In this document: in pieces, positions 51,450 through 64,000 of the stretch | Layout: every line of letters starts with the position of its first letter | Numbering within the stretch: the first letter of the stretch is position 1 | DNA from: Eledone cirrhosa | Taxonomy: Eukaryota | NCBI GenBank assembly: GCA_964016885.1 | Contig: OZ024748.1 | Coordinates: forward strand, 22,692,001-22,756,000 | DNA length: 64,000 nt | Reading direction: 5' to 3' | Program-made: the position numbers and the translations under genes | Notes under the pieces: model-generated | The model's input: the letters and a program-made list of their open reading frames with translations, nothing else | The model's database searches: none | Told to the model about the DNA's origin: nothing

Positions 51450-52303
51450 GCGTCAAATATATATATATGTATATGTATATTTAATGCTTAAGTAAAATTA
51501 GTTTTATTGAATTGTTAAATCTATAGAACACCCCATTGTTTGACGGGAAAGTTTTTTTAAATATTTTTTTTCCGCGTTTTATCGATGAACACGCTAACTA
51601 AAAAACGAATAAAACACGAAAGATAAGGAAAAAAATGGTAAAGAAAACTCCGGGGTTTTGGGTAAAAAATCCAAGATTCCCCTCTTTCCTGCCCTCCATT
51701 TTCTGGGAAAAATGTCATTTGCAGCTTATTCGGAGATATGTTTGATCGGACTCGAAAAAGAAGGGGGAAAATAATTATTTCCCACTGAAATCGGTGGAAG
51801 TGTTCTACAAAAATAATTGTTGGGCGGCATATTAAGAAAGATTTTTGAAAATTCGAAGATTAATATAAGTATAGTTTGTCTTTAATCGTAATCCTTAACC
51901 CCAGTTTGTAATAAATTCTGATTGTATTATCATTATTGGAAAAAACATGAAAAATTAAACAAATGTGAAAAATATTCTCTTAGACTTCTTCATTAGAAAA
52001 GAATATTTTTCACATCCACGGGGTATGTATGTAAATATTCAAACGCTCGGTTTATAGAGAAGTATCTAGTCATAAAGTGATTGACTTCTTAGCGAATCAA
52101 TCGGTCAATATATATATATATATTTATACAATGATATTAAATAAATGGAAACTATATTTATAAAACCATATTTATTCTATTATATATATTTCAAGGGTAC
52201 CAAAAAAAACTTTGGTACGCTTTCATCAGATAAAATACGAAGTGTTTTATAAATTTTGACATAGCCAAGGAAATCATGCCTTATCAGTTGAATTTTCTTG
52301 GGT

Positions 52304-52346
<43 letters not shown>

Positions 52347-52541
52347 TCGCTGTTCGCTGAGAAGTCAATCACTTTATTCCTAGAAAGTTCACATTTCTTT
52401 GCAAATCGAACGCTTGATAATTAATTATATAGAGCTTAAATATATATTTTAAATACAGTTTATCATTATTTGTGGGGAATTGGAAAAATTTACTTGCGCA
52501 ACTTTTTTTTTATTTAAAAAGTTTCTTTAGATTTCCACAGT

Positions 52542-52573
<32 letters not shown>

Positions 52574-55282
52574 TTTTTCTTTCAAAAATATATTTCAAGT
52601 CATGCTTATTGATAATTATATAGGAATTACTATATTGGATTCTATACTAAATCGGTATATTTATTTTACTCTGGAAAATTTATGTGTGCATGTTAGATGT
52701 ATGTGCAGGCGGCGAATTGGCAAAATCGTGAAAACGAGCTATTCGTTTATGGTATTCTTTCTGGCGATCTAAGTTCAAATCACGTTGGGATCGATACGTA
52801 AAAAGTATCAGTTCAACACTGGTCAATTCTTCTTTCTCTGGAAGAAATCGATTATGACCAAAACTAGATAGGGATGAGCTTCTAGATTTATAATGCTCTC
52901 GTGTCACAACGACGCCAATAATGATGGGTTCATACATGCATTTATCTACGTTTAGTTCTTAAACTCTGCTGGTTGAATTTTCCCTCCTTAGACACGCACT
53001 TGGTATATCGTGTCGGGGAAACAGGAGGTACATTGTGAAAAATATCTTTGGTTGAACCACTCCTCCTAATAGATTGAAATTGTGTATGGTTTAATTAGCT
53101 AGCTTCGCAACTACTGCGTTGCATTCCGAGAGTAGTGTCTTTTTCGCCTGGTTGATGGATGCTTTCTTTATGAGTCAAGTATGGTACATGGAAACTGCGA
53201 CAGCCCATCGTGTGTTCGTCAAAAAGATCGATAAAATAAATAACCAGACTTAGAAATAAGTACTGGGAGCGTTTAATGCACGAAATCTCTTAAATGCAGT
53301 GGCCAAATTTTAATAACCATTAATTCTAGCATGGCCAAAGTTTAATAAACAAAACTTGTAAAAGATAAGAATCTGCGTACATATATGAATATATATGCAT
53401 ACACGCAATTGTCAGTGAAGATTTCATTATTTTGAAGGGGATGTATTGATCTCATTCTAGAAAATTCTTGTAATGAGCTGGTCGTCTTATATGTATTGTC
53501 ATTATTGAATGCACTTTATTTAGTCGATCATATCAACTCGTGAATTTATTTTTCGTATTTGGTACTTTTTTTATCGATTTCTTTTTTTGTCAAACCGTTA
53601 ATTTACGGGACATAGAGATTGACACAAACGTAAACGCGCGCGCGGACACACGACGGGCTTCTGTAGTTTCCACTTTTACATATATTTTACTTAAATTTAG
53701 TGTCTGCCATGAGAATTTCAAATGGAAATAGCAAAAGCTTGACCCCCCCCCCTTCCCCGGTTATAATCCGAATTTGAGAATGTTTTCAAATTCTCGAAGT
53801 TTTATTTAAACTTTTTAAAACTGGGGTGCGTACAATACTTCGAACCTTGTTACAAGCTGGAAAATATGTAATTTTCCATAATTGACAGATTATAGGTTTC
53901 TCTTTAGGCATGTTGGTCACCTCTCTCCATGACACTGCTGTTTCCAGAGGAGAGGCAAAGGCTGATTCAGCTTGGTACCAGTGTCGTAAGTAAATCTTTT
54001 CAGCTTGAGTTGACTTCAAGGACTGTGCCGTCTGGTTGCAGAATTAACTATTGACCTTATATTACAATGGCGAGCCCAGCATTCTAACCATTAAGCCATG
54101 TTATCGGTTACTGCTTTCATTTCTCAACACCACTGTTGAACCATTGATGACTAATTAAAAAGGAAAAACTTTGAGAATGAAAAATAAAAAAATAAGACCT
54201 GGAGGTGTGTGTGTGTATATATTATTGGGAGAACTAATGATTGAAATGTAATTAGAGTAAGCAATAGTCTAAATACACCAGTGTATAATATGTATGTAAT
54301 GTCATTAATTTTATGTCCATTATTCCATGCTGTTATGGGTTGGTAAATAGTACTGCATGGCTGGATGCCTTTGATGGTACTTTCATTTCTCTGACTCCAT
54401 TGGAAACAAACATGAACACAGATAACGAGCTTCTGCAGTTTTCGCCTACTAGATTTCATGTGTAAGTCATTGGTCAAGTTGAATGGTTAAGAAGTTTGTT
54501 TTGCGACCATGAGGTCCTGGGTTCGTCTCACAGTGCCATTTTTAGGCAGTTGTCTTTTACCATGGCCTCTATTTGGCAAAAACGTTGTCACACTGATTCT
54601 ACTTGAGTACATGTCTGTAGGATACTTGGTAATTAGATGAGCTGGTTGTTCACTTGATCACTTGATTGAACAATTGAATGGTCATACAGCAGTTGTGACA
54701 GTCTATCATATCATTTATTGTTTTGTTTTTTTCCGTTAGCAAGAGTTATGGGTCATCCAAGTCGGGACTGAGGTCATTTTATCATGGATCCAACACTGAG
54801 TCGTGTCATATCTTTGACACAACTGAAGAGTCTTCTCGACCCTTTATTTATCAAGTTTACTATTAAATGCCCTTCCTACCACTAACCATTTTATAAAGTG
54901 TATTAGGGGTGTTCATTATGTCTGTCACCAACACTAAAGAGGTTTTTGTCCTTAACACAACTTGGTTTCTACATTTGAACGCCAGCTACCTTAAATGGTG
55001 AACTGGGTACAGTTTTTCATGGCACCATATGTAAATGTGTATGGATTTACTATTGTTTCTCTTTGTGATTTATGAATTTATATGCATGTGAATTTTTGTG
55101 TGTGTGTGTGTGTGTGAAGCAGCAATTGTTTGCCAGGTTTGATGTTTGTTTTCTGTAACGAACTCTATAAAACATAAGTAAATTAAATTTAGCAAAAAAA
55201 GAAAAAAAAAACCAAATAAACCAAAGTGCCTGAATCCATGTGATTGTAAGGCAAACTTCTTAACCACTTAGCCATGAAAGTG

Positions 55283-55314
<32 letters not shown>

Positions 55315-55317
<3 letters not shown>

Positions 55318-55728
55318 TGTGCATGGTAGTGAGACATGGGCAGCAACTGTGGAAGATATTCGATGGCTGGAGAGAAATGAAGCAAGCATGCTCCGGCGAA
55401 TGTGCAATGTCAGTGTGCATGAACGCCCAAGTAGAGACGAGTTGAGGAGCGATAAACTGTAGTGTGCAGGAGAGAAGACTGCGTTGGTATGGCCATGTGA
55501 TATGCATGGAAGATGACCGCTGGGTGAAGAAGTGCCAAGAAATCCTGGTGGAAGGAAGACGCAGTAGAGAAAGATCGCAAAGAACATGGGCGGAGATGGT
55601 GAGAGCTGACTTCAGATCGTTGAATCTCACAGAGGAGATGACGAAGGGCCGTGGTGAATGGAGAGATGCTGTGCTGAAGAGGACTTGTCCCACCCTTGCA
55701 AGCAGGGAAAAGTGGATGTAAAATGATG
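55315..55728 (+). mobile_element. RTE LINE 3' fragment in TDP-43 B intron 1
   Basis: HGSETWA, ERNEASML, RRLRWYGHV. Confidence 0.85.
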
Positions 55729-55792
55729 TGTGTGTATATATATATAGTAATAATAAATATGAAGACCAAAATCCGAAGAGGGCTTGATAAGG

Positions 55793-55828
<36 letters not shown>

Positions 55829-55956
55829 GTAAAAGCATATATAAATCTGTAGAGCAAATATTTATTAATCTGTACTAATGATATATATATATATATATCA
55901 TGATTTCTAAAGAATGAAACAGTTGTAGTCCTGTAGAATCTCATCTATATTAAAAC

Positions 55957-55989
<33 letters not shown>

Positions 55990-56279
55990 ATGTTTATCTG
56001 ACTAGTCGAAGTTTGCTTCACAATTGTGAAGTTTCTGGTTTGATTGCACTGTGGTATCATCCATTGCAGTTTTAGATCAACACAAACCTTAAGTCAGTTA
56101 GATGGAAACTGAAAGCTTGGATAGATGATGACTTGCATATTAGATTTTGGAATTACGTTAAGAGTACGTGTCTGGAATACTCATTCACTTACACATTAAT
56201 TCACGAGTTGGGCATTCAGTTGATTGAACGAATGGACATCATAGAAATCGACAGAATCCATCATCAGCATTTTGTGTCT

Positions 56280-57410
56280 GTTTTTCCATATTTGTGTGGG
56301 TTGGATGGGTTCTTTTCTGCACAGCCTCCCTCCATTTGCTGCTTTTCCATCTCTGAGATTTAGTGTTTTGAGAGTCGCTATAACTACTTCTAGCTAGGGA
56401 TTTCTCTACTGCAGTTTCCTTCCACTGTGAACTCCTGGAACTTCTTCATCCAGCGATCATCAAATGCCCATACCAGTGTAATCATCTTTTTTGATTCCTT
56501 TTCTCTCAGCTTATCCAAGCTTTGCTGTTTTATGCATGTTAACTTCACCACTGCATTTATTTTCATGCACAATCACACTTTACACACAGGCATCAAGCAC
56601 CCAAATGTTTTCTTCATAGGGTAGATCTCTTGTTAACTGAGGCACTAACTCTCTCAACTGTCTCTAGCCTGTTTTTATTCTAGCTATGCTTTCAGAGCAA
56701 TCTCTTACATTGTTAAGTAGATCACATAGCAGAAATTATCAACTATTTTTATGGAGCTTTCCTGGTATTGGAGAAAGTTTATTACACTAGGGCTCTTACT
56801 ATTAACTTCTGTGCATTCCCCACAAACAAAGCCTAGCTTTTGTTGGTTTACCTACAATTTCATTACACCTTTTGTGTACATCATATAGCAGTCCTACTCC
56901 TTTTCTACATATCAATCATAGACCCCACTGGGACTGGAGTTCTGTCTTCTTTCTTACTAAAACTTGTTTACTCTGAGTCCTATTGTAAGTTGTTTCCACA
57001 GTAGGAATTTCTTCACTAGCTCTGCCACACATTCAGTTGCAAGAACCAAGTCATCAATATACAGAAGTTCTCATGGATAGTTGGCCTTAAACTCTTGTTA
57101 CGGCCTTGGAAAGCTATGATAATTGGAGGTTTTAGTCTTGAACATCTAACTGCACATTGAATTCCTCTCTAAGCTCAACTATCTATCCTTAGTTTCCTTA
57201 AAGACAACCAGATAACAGATTGTGGAAGTTTGTCGAAGGCCTCCAGGTCAACGAAAGTTAGATATAGCAGTGTACATTTGACGAGAAACTTCTTATTAGG
57301 AAGGGGGCATTTGTGGTTTCCTGGCACAAAACCGAACTGCATCTCATGTAATATGACTATTTTTCTTCATTAGTTGTGCTAAGACCTTTTCTGTCACTTT
57401 TAATGACTTG
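56280..57410 (-). mobile_element. Highly decayed RTE LINE in TDP-43 B intron 1
   Basis: Minus-strand remnants QFGFVPG, FVDLEAF, ELLYIDDL, DDRWMKK. Confidence 0.65.
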
Positions 57411-57577
57411 ATTCCTGTTTTACGCAATCATTTAATGTCCATTTATTTTCTTTGCTATATAGCATGTTTGCATGTGGGGGGGTATAGTATGAGTGGGGTT
57501 GGTATCAAGTGTTAAATGTTCTTGATTATAAACTTTCTAATTTACATGTATCATTTAACATTTATTTTCCATGTATG

Positions 57578-57908
57578 GAGGCACATGGCTTAGTGGTTAG
57601 AGCATTGGCCTTGCAATAGAAAGGTTGTGAGTTCAATTCTCAGACCGGGTGATGTGTTGTTTCCTTGAGCAAGACACTTTATTTCACATTGCTCCAGTTT
57701 ACTCAGCTGTAGAAATGAGATGATAGGACTGGGGTCCCTATCATTCCACTGCAAAGTGGTTGTGAAGGAACCATGGAAAAAAGCACCCAGCACTCACTGT
57801 ACATGCGGTTGGTGTTAGGAAGGGCATTCAGCTGTAGAAATCAAGCTAGGATCAGTTCCCGTCCCACCTTTGCAAGCAGGGAAAAGTGGACGTAAAATGA
57901 TGATGATG
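57578..57908 (+). mobile_element. SINE family 2 head fused to an RTE-like 3' tail
   Basis: A-box tggcttagtgg, B-box gttcaattc, ccttgagcaagacac core; ends ggacgtaaaatgatgatg. Confidence 0.8.
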
Positions 57909-58511
57909 TTTCCATGGTTATACTGATTATGTTTCTGAGATTAGACTGGTCAGGTGACTACGTCTTGTTCATGTTTTGTTTTGGGCTTGGCTTCTAAGGC
58001 TGGGTGCCTTCTTACACCAACCACTTCACAGCATGCAGTGGTAGCATTTTATTGTGGAACTGGCACTACCACCTAGAGTGGGTTGGGTGTATTTTATGGG
58101 GTCCCTAGCACTACCTTTTTACAACACAAGCCTTTATATCAATTTTTAATGACGGTAAAGAATGTAAAGTAAAAACATGAAAATTATGTGACCTTGATGG
58201 TCGGGCATATATCAGGTTTTTGTCTGAGTGCACTTATATTGGTTGTGCTTTAGCACTTTTGAAAATGCCTCTATTAAAGGTTTAAAATTTAAATTAGAGT
58301 CTTGGATTGGAATCTTTTTATGACAGCAGTTAGATATGTCTTTTATTATAGTTGAAAGTTATTTCACTAAACTTCTCATAATTTTGGATTACTTGGATAA
58401 TTAAAACACAAAGACCGTATATTCTTAAAAATATGGTCATAAAAGAACTAAAGACAGTATTAATGAAATATACAGAATTTGATTGATAGCGTTTCTTTAA
58501 ATTTTCTTCAG

Positions 58512-58678
58512 ATAACAAACGTAAAGGGGATGATGGCTTAGAAAACCCTACTGCTAAGACCAAACGTCTTGATATGCAGAAGTGTAGTGACTTGATCGTG
58601 CTTGGTTTGCCATGGAAAAGTACAGAAGAGGATTTGAGGAATTACTTTTCTCAGTATGGTGAACTTCTCATGGTGCAG
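58512..58678 (+). CDS. TARDBP: TDP-43 copy B, coding exon 2 (NLS, RRM1 start)
   Basis: [36 protein letters not shown]...LMVQ; cag/gtacg; 167 nt. Confidence 0.97.
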
Positions 58679-58844
58679 GTACGTTGTTTTTTTACTCAGA
58701 TTAAAGTGAATATGTGACATTAGAATAATTTATTTTTTTTCTGTTAGCAAAGGCGAAGCTTTTTGGATGTAGTGTGTAATGTATTGAACAAATTGTTTTA
58801 ATCATTTGAGAAAACTTTAATATTTTGTGTTCTTCAATTTTTAG

Positions 58845-58985
58845 GTGAAGAAAGACCTTAAAAGTGGTCAGTCAAAGGGATTTGGTTTTGTTCGTTTTGT
58901 TGAGTATGAAGCACAGTTGAAATGTATTTCTCAACGGCACATGATTGATGGAAGATGGTGTGATGTTAGAATTCCAAATTCAAAG
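58845..58985 (+). CDS. TARDBP: TDP-43 copy B, coding exon 3 (RRM1)
   Basis: [18 protein letters not shown]...DVRIPNSK; tag/gtat; 141 nt. Confidence 0.97.
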
Positions 58986-59100
58986 GTATTTTTACAATCT
59001 AAAGTTATTTTAAAATGTTATTTCATAACTAGATTTAGTATCTGTTAGTTACATTAATGTAGGTGAATTTATTAAAGATTTTTATTTCTTTTCATTTCAG

Positions 59101-59763
59101 GATGGAGGTCAACAAACGATGAATCGTAAAGTTTTTATTGGTCGCTGTACTGAAGATATGACCGCCGATGATCTGCGTAGCCATTTTGGCAAGTTTGGAG
59201 AGGTCATTGATGTTTTCATTCCCAAGCCTTTTCGAGCTTTTGCATTTGTAACTTTCTCTAATCCAGAAGTCGCTCAAAGTCTTTGTGGGGAGGACCATAT
59301 AGTTAAGGGGATCAGTGTCCATATCAGTAGCGCAGTCCCTAAAAACTATGACAAGTTTGGAGATAAGAAGGGTCAGCAAAATCAAGTTCAGCCTCAATAT
59401 AACCAGGGATATGGCCAAGGTGGTTGGGGACAGGGAAACCAACGTGGAGGTCAAAATATGGGCAGCAATATGAATAATATGGGAGGATTGAACTTGGGTG
59501 CTTTCCAGTTGAACCCTGCAATGCTGGCTGCTGCTCAGGCCATGCTTAGTAGCCAAGGTGGATGGGGCCCCTTGGGGCTTGGCCAAGGAGCGGGTGATAC
59601 CTCTAACCAAAACAGCAATCAGAGCTTAAGCAGTTTTAATACTAGTGGTCAAGGTGCTAACAACAATAGCTTCCTTGGTTGGGGTGGCCAGACCTCAGAC
59701 AGCGGCTCAGCACAGGCAGGTGGCTGGGGTCAGCATAGCAAGCCAGGTGGTGGTTGGAATTGA
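59101..59763 (+). CDS. TARDBP: TDP-43 copy B, coding exon 4 (RRM2 plus low-complexity C-terminal domain)
   Basis: cag|DGGQQTMNRKVFIGRCTED...RAFAFVTF...[13 protein letters not shown]...SKPGGGWN*; total CDS 1209 nt, 402 aa. Confidence 0.97.
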   Translation, partial: DGGQQTMNRKVFIGRCTEDMTADDLRSHFGKFGEVIDVFIPKPFRAFAFVTFSNPEVAQSLCGEDHIVKGISVHISSAVPKNYDKFGDKKGQQNQVQPQYNQGYGQGGWGQGNQRGGQNMGSNMNNMGGLNLGAFQLNPAMLAAAQAMLSSQGGWGPLGLGQGAGDTSNQNSNQSLSSFNTSGQGANNNSFLGWGGQTSDSGSAQAGGWGQHSKPGGGWN

Positions 59764-60654
59764 AGAAAAATGTTTTAAAATGAAGTGTTGGAGGTATGCA
59801 GATTTCAGTATTTAATCATGATGTTCCAGATAAACTTATTTTTAAAGAAAGCCCCTCTCCATCCCCACCAAAAGGCAACAAAGAAACCGTAAAACTCCCC
59901 AAAAGTTCCAAGTCCTGTGCTTAGTGTTGCAAGTGTTTAGATGTGAGAGTTCCTTCCACTCCATTATAATTATTATTTTCTCTTCATTGGCTCCATTTAA
60001 TGTGTGGTTTCTGCTGTTGACCAGCAGCAGTGACAAGTGGGAACACTACTCATCGTACATCCAGCGTCAATTGGCTGAGTGCATGACATTGAGTGTATTT
60101 CGACAGACTTGATGAGATAGATTCACCGGATTATCTGATGCTGATGAACAAGGAATGGCTGTTTTAGGGTGTGTTTCTTAATGTCTGCAGTATGGTTGAA
60201 TGCCGTTTGTATAAGGAAATAAATATGACGTGTATGCTTGCACTGTTGTTGTGTGTGAGATCATTTGCTAGTTTGTATAGCTGTCACTGTAATGTGTTTG
60301 CCTGACGGACGAATGGAGGAGAGCAGGTGAAGATGAGGCACAAAGTGTCTGGTGTCGAAGTTGGCTTGGACGAGGAAAAACAAAACAAAACAAAAAAATA
60401 ACAAAACCCTAAAATGAAGTATGTATAGTATTTTTATTCTACCCAATAGCTGTGCCAACCCCCCTTTTCTATTTGTTACGTTGGAATTGCTAGATTTCAT
60501 AACATTTTCCTCTCTCCCACTTTGCCATCAAACTAAAAATTCCCTTCCTTCCCCTATTAACTGCTGTCATTAATCCAAGAGATCATAGTGGTATAAGGAT
60601 TGAATAATTCAGTTTTCTAAATTTGATTATTAATTATATAAAATAATCTCGTTC

Positions 60655-60805
60655 ATTGGCAGAATCGTTAGAGCGTCAGACAAAATGCCCTGTGGCTCAT
60701 GAGTTCAAATTCCACTGAGGTCTACTTTGCCTTTTATCAAGTACCACTGAAGTACTAGGGTCGATTTAATCACAAGTTTTGGTTGTGAGCCTGTTGGAAA
60801 TAATT
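60655..60805 (+). mobile_element. SINE family 1, deleted copy downstream of the TDP-43 B stop
   Basis: tggcagaatcgttag A-box, gagttcaaattcc B-box, actttgcctttt core. Confidence 0.75.
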
Positions 60806-63800
60806 ATATATATATATATATATAAAGTTTGTCTCTAATGCCCTTTATATCAGTTTCCTGAGAAATATGTTGTATGTACATAAATATATTTGTCTATGTA
60901 ATATACTTACACATCTCTAAACATATAACTGCTTTATAACCAGTGTGAAACTATGGGATGGAATTAATCACATAGTTAACTATACACACACATTAACATG
61001 TGGTGTGTATGTGTATATATATGTATGTAATATATATATACATGCATACATATATATATGCATATATCTATACATAACACACCTGGTTATTGTAAAGTAT
61101 GCAAAGAATATTAGATTTAGACTAGAACTTTCTGTGATTCTTATTGGTTTCTGTTTTTTTTGTAATGTCCAGCAATTATTGGTTATGCTTCTATGGTGCC
61201 AAATTGATTTCACAGTCAATAGAAAAATGAGAGCTATATGTAAACAGAAATCTTTTGACTTCACCCAAACAATATTTTTACACTGAATTAGTGACTCATT
61301 TGTAAAGATAAAGTAAAGCCTGACATTTTGTAATGGCCTTAATTCTGAATTTCAATAGTTGAGATGCAGCTAGATAATTAGTTAGAGTTTCTCAGATAGT
61401 GTTAATCAGTTTTGACCTGTAAAATTCTTTGATCCGATCTGAATTTGCATATGTAGTTAACTGATAGCAGCAGAAAAAAACAACATAAAACATGTAAATC
61501 TCTTAACATTTACTTTAAAATTTGTTGGTAAATTTGTCACAGCAGGGACCCTATATCTGAGTTAGGATTGTTGGGTAACACCTGAGGCTACCTTACCCTT
61601 TTCTATCATAGCATGTGAAGGCAGCACTCTGCAAAGTATGAATTGTGAGTTTGGAGAACTGGCTGACAAATGAAGAAACTTGTTTTACATGGCATTTCAC
61701 TGTTATGAAAGCAGTTGGTTCTGTGTAGGATATCTGCTTTGGAACTGATTGTGAAATAAGTGTTGGTCGGTGACCTAACTATTCTAGAATATTTTAGTCA
61801 GTTTTGTTTGAGTGAAGATGAAGACATTGTGTTTGTGTGTGCCAATATAACAAATGCTAACTTGCTTCATTGAAGTAGGAAAAATGTAGTATTAAATTAA
61901 ATTGCCACTATGGTCCCTTCTAGTTTAGTAGTCTGCAGTCGAAAAAGTAACTCTTGGACAATGGGGATTAGCAAGCATAAGGTTCTGTTGATATCTTCTG
62001 CCAATTCCTCTTCCATTGATATGTCAGGTAAACACACTCACAGGTAAGTCATTTAGGCCATTGGCCTAAAAAAAAAAAAAATGCCTTTGATATTTTTGCT
62101 CTTCCCAAAGCACTAGACAGTGTACTAATGATTTGGGTAGTATATTTTCTCTTTTATATGTTTGTTTCGACACTATCAACAAAGAGGAGCAGCAACTGCA
62201 GAAGTGACTGTCTTAACCATTAAATTTATAAGATACTTCCTATGCTTTCAAATTAATTTTGAAATTCAAAAAAGTCAATGTAAGTTGGCGTTTGGAACAT
62301 AGCTTAAAATATTTTGATATAAAAATGACGGACAGTTTTAGTTTAAATATGAACATTTTAAAATTGATAGATTTACATCAGAACATGTGGTGATTCTGGA
62401 TGGGTTGGTATTAAATGGGTTAATGTTAAAGTTGACAACAATTATAAACAACACTGGATATATTAAGCATAGAAAAATGATTAGACCATTAATTTTAAGA
62501 TAATGAAGAAATGACTGAAAAACAGTTATTGATTGTTTAGCAAAGAGAGTAGAGGGTTTAACTTGGTAGTGGTTCAAACTAGCTTTGTTGCATTCAGGAA
62601 ACGTTACTCCTTAAATGTAAATGTGAAAAATTTGAAAGCAAGGTTGAGCAAATCCATGCTTGTAGAGTTTTTCCAGTCGGTGATGGCGACGTCGATGCAG
62701 ACAAGACACTTCTGTAACCTTACAAAAGTTGTGTTCCTCGAAACAAGGTTTGTATTTCTAAATTTCATTGCATGCTTTTAATTTTCCTGTTTTCTTTATT
62801 ACGTGCACACAAACAAACAAACAAACAAACAAACACACACACACACAAAGGTAGGTTTTGCTTTGCATCCAATAGTCTAGTGGCTTGGAACAATTAGGTA
62901 AGACACGAGCACCTATCTTTAGACCGGAAATTGAGGACATTTTTGCTTTGCTTGCACTTAAAAAAATTCAGCATGGAGGGTTTGGGTTATACTAGCTGTC
63001 GCTTTTCAATGGGTTCTACAATTATTGACAATTTACTATTGCATGTAAGTTTTACAGGGTAGATGTAATGGCCACTGCTTTTAAGATACTGTTATTTTTC
63101 GTTCAACTGTTAGGATTGTCAAGGCTCCAATTAGAATTTGCTGTTGGTGCATGCACTTCATTGCTTGTTTCTCATTCAAATGCATTCATTGCGGAGCGGA
63201 TTTACTGATGCAGGTTAGTTGTCTGCATATGTATAGATATTAATATTGCAAAACAAAAAACAAACCTCAGAACAATCAAGTTACCAATATCTCTGCTTTT
63301 ACAAAGCGAAAAAACGTCTCTAAACAATGCTTTGGTATTGGTAAGTTCGTACAAGGTGAGTATTAATGCAGGGGAATAAGTGAATCTGAAAACTTAGGGC
63401 AGGGCAGTAAAGGTGTAATAATTTCAAATGAAAATAGATAAAATTTTTGGCGTAAAGAATTTGAGAATGAGTATGAAAAAAAAAAAAAAAAAATAGACCA
63501 TTTTAATAAACTAATAATTCTTAAAGATAGTACACAAGTGTAATGAGTAGACATGGTGAGTTGACGTTTGACTTATAAAATAACGGGGGGGTAATTTTCC
63601 AAAATAAAATTACCTCATTTAAAAAAAGAAAAAAAATCTTTAAAACTTGTGTTTTTGTTACTTCTTCGTGAATGTGTGGACGTGAATGGCTTGAGTTGGT
63701 TCGCGTCTCCGCAAAGCCAGTCGTACAATATAGTGGACTAGAAACGATCAGATCAAAGGAAGATAACTTGATTGATTACACCATGGTTTATCCCCCCTTG

Positions 63801-64000
63801 CTTTTAAGTAGCTGGTTCGTCCTTAAACAATTACGAAGCCGTTCACTTCCCTTTCATGACCAGATGTCTAAGCGAAAAGTATTTGGAGGGACTAAATTAA
63901 ACCAACTTTCTCATTTTTTAAGGTTCATACGTAGTTATGTAATAAACAAGATAATTCATTTACCAGTGGTTTCTTAAAGACGTCTTCAGTCGTCAGAATA

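Noticed and set aside
57578-57650. tRNA gene (A and B boxes)
   Set aside because: No complete cloverleaf, and it continues into a SINE body; the same applies to the other A/B-box hits.
50427-59763. TDP-43 copy B as an assembly or haplotype duplicate, or a pseudogene
   Set aside because: About 28% amino-acid divergence in the NTD exon, unrelated introns, an intact frame and intact splice sites argue for a true paralog.

Overview
Eukaryotic, AT-rich, intron- and repeat-dense DNA. The SINE/RTE repeat types and (TA)n/(CAT)n tails suggest a cephalopod such as Octopus; this is an inference, not something the sequence proves. Three protein-coding genes were reconstructed by hand. (1) AGPS (peroxisomal alkylglycerone-phosphate synthase) lies on the minus strand: 14 coding exons from the ATG at 21113 down to 1399 (~465 codons), continuing past the window start. 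(2-3) Two intact tandem TDP-43 (TARDBP) paralogs lie on the plus strand, each with 4 coding exons: copy A 35461-40480 (395 aa) and copy B 50427-59763 (402 aa). The rest is mobile-element debris: mariner, Helitron, hAT and piggyBac-type MITEs, RTE LINEs with a PHD finger, tRNA-derived SINEs and a probable LTR, plus several long fold-back palindromes with hammerhead-like cores. The most interesting signal is the diverged TDP-43 pair. I could not align their non-coding DNA by eye, yet both keep matching splice signals downstream of the stop codon and UG/UGAAUG motifs, suggesting a conserved auto/cross-regulatory splicing circuit. All regulatory and RNA-structure calls are unverified predictions, and repeat boundaries are approximate.
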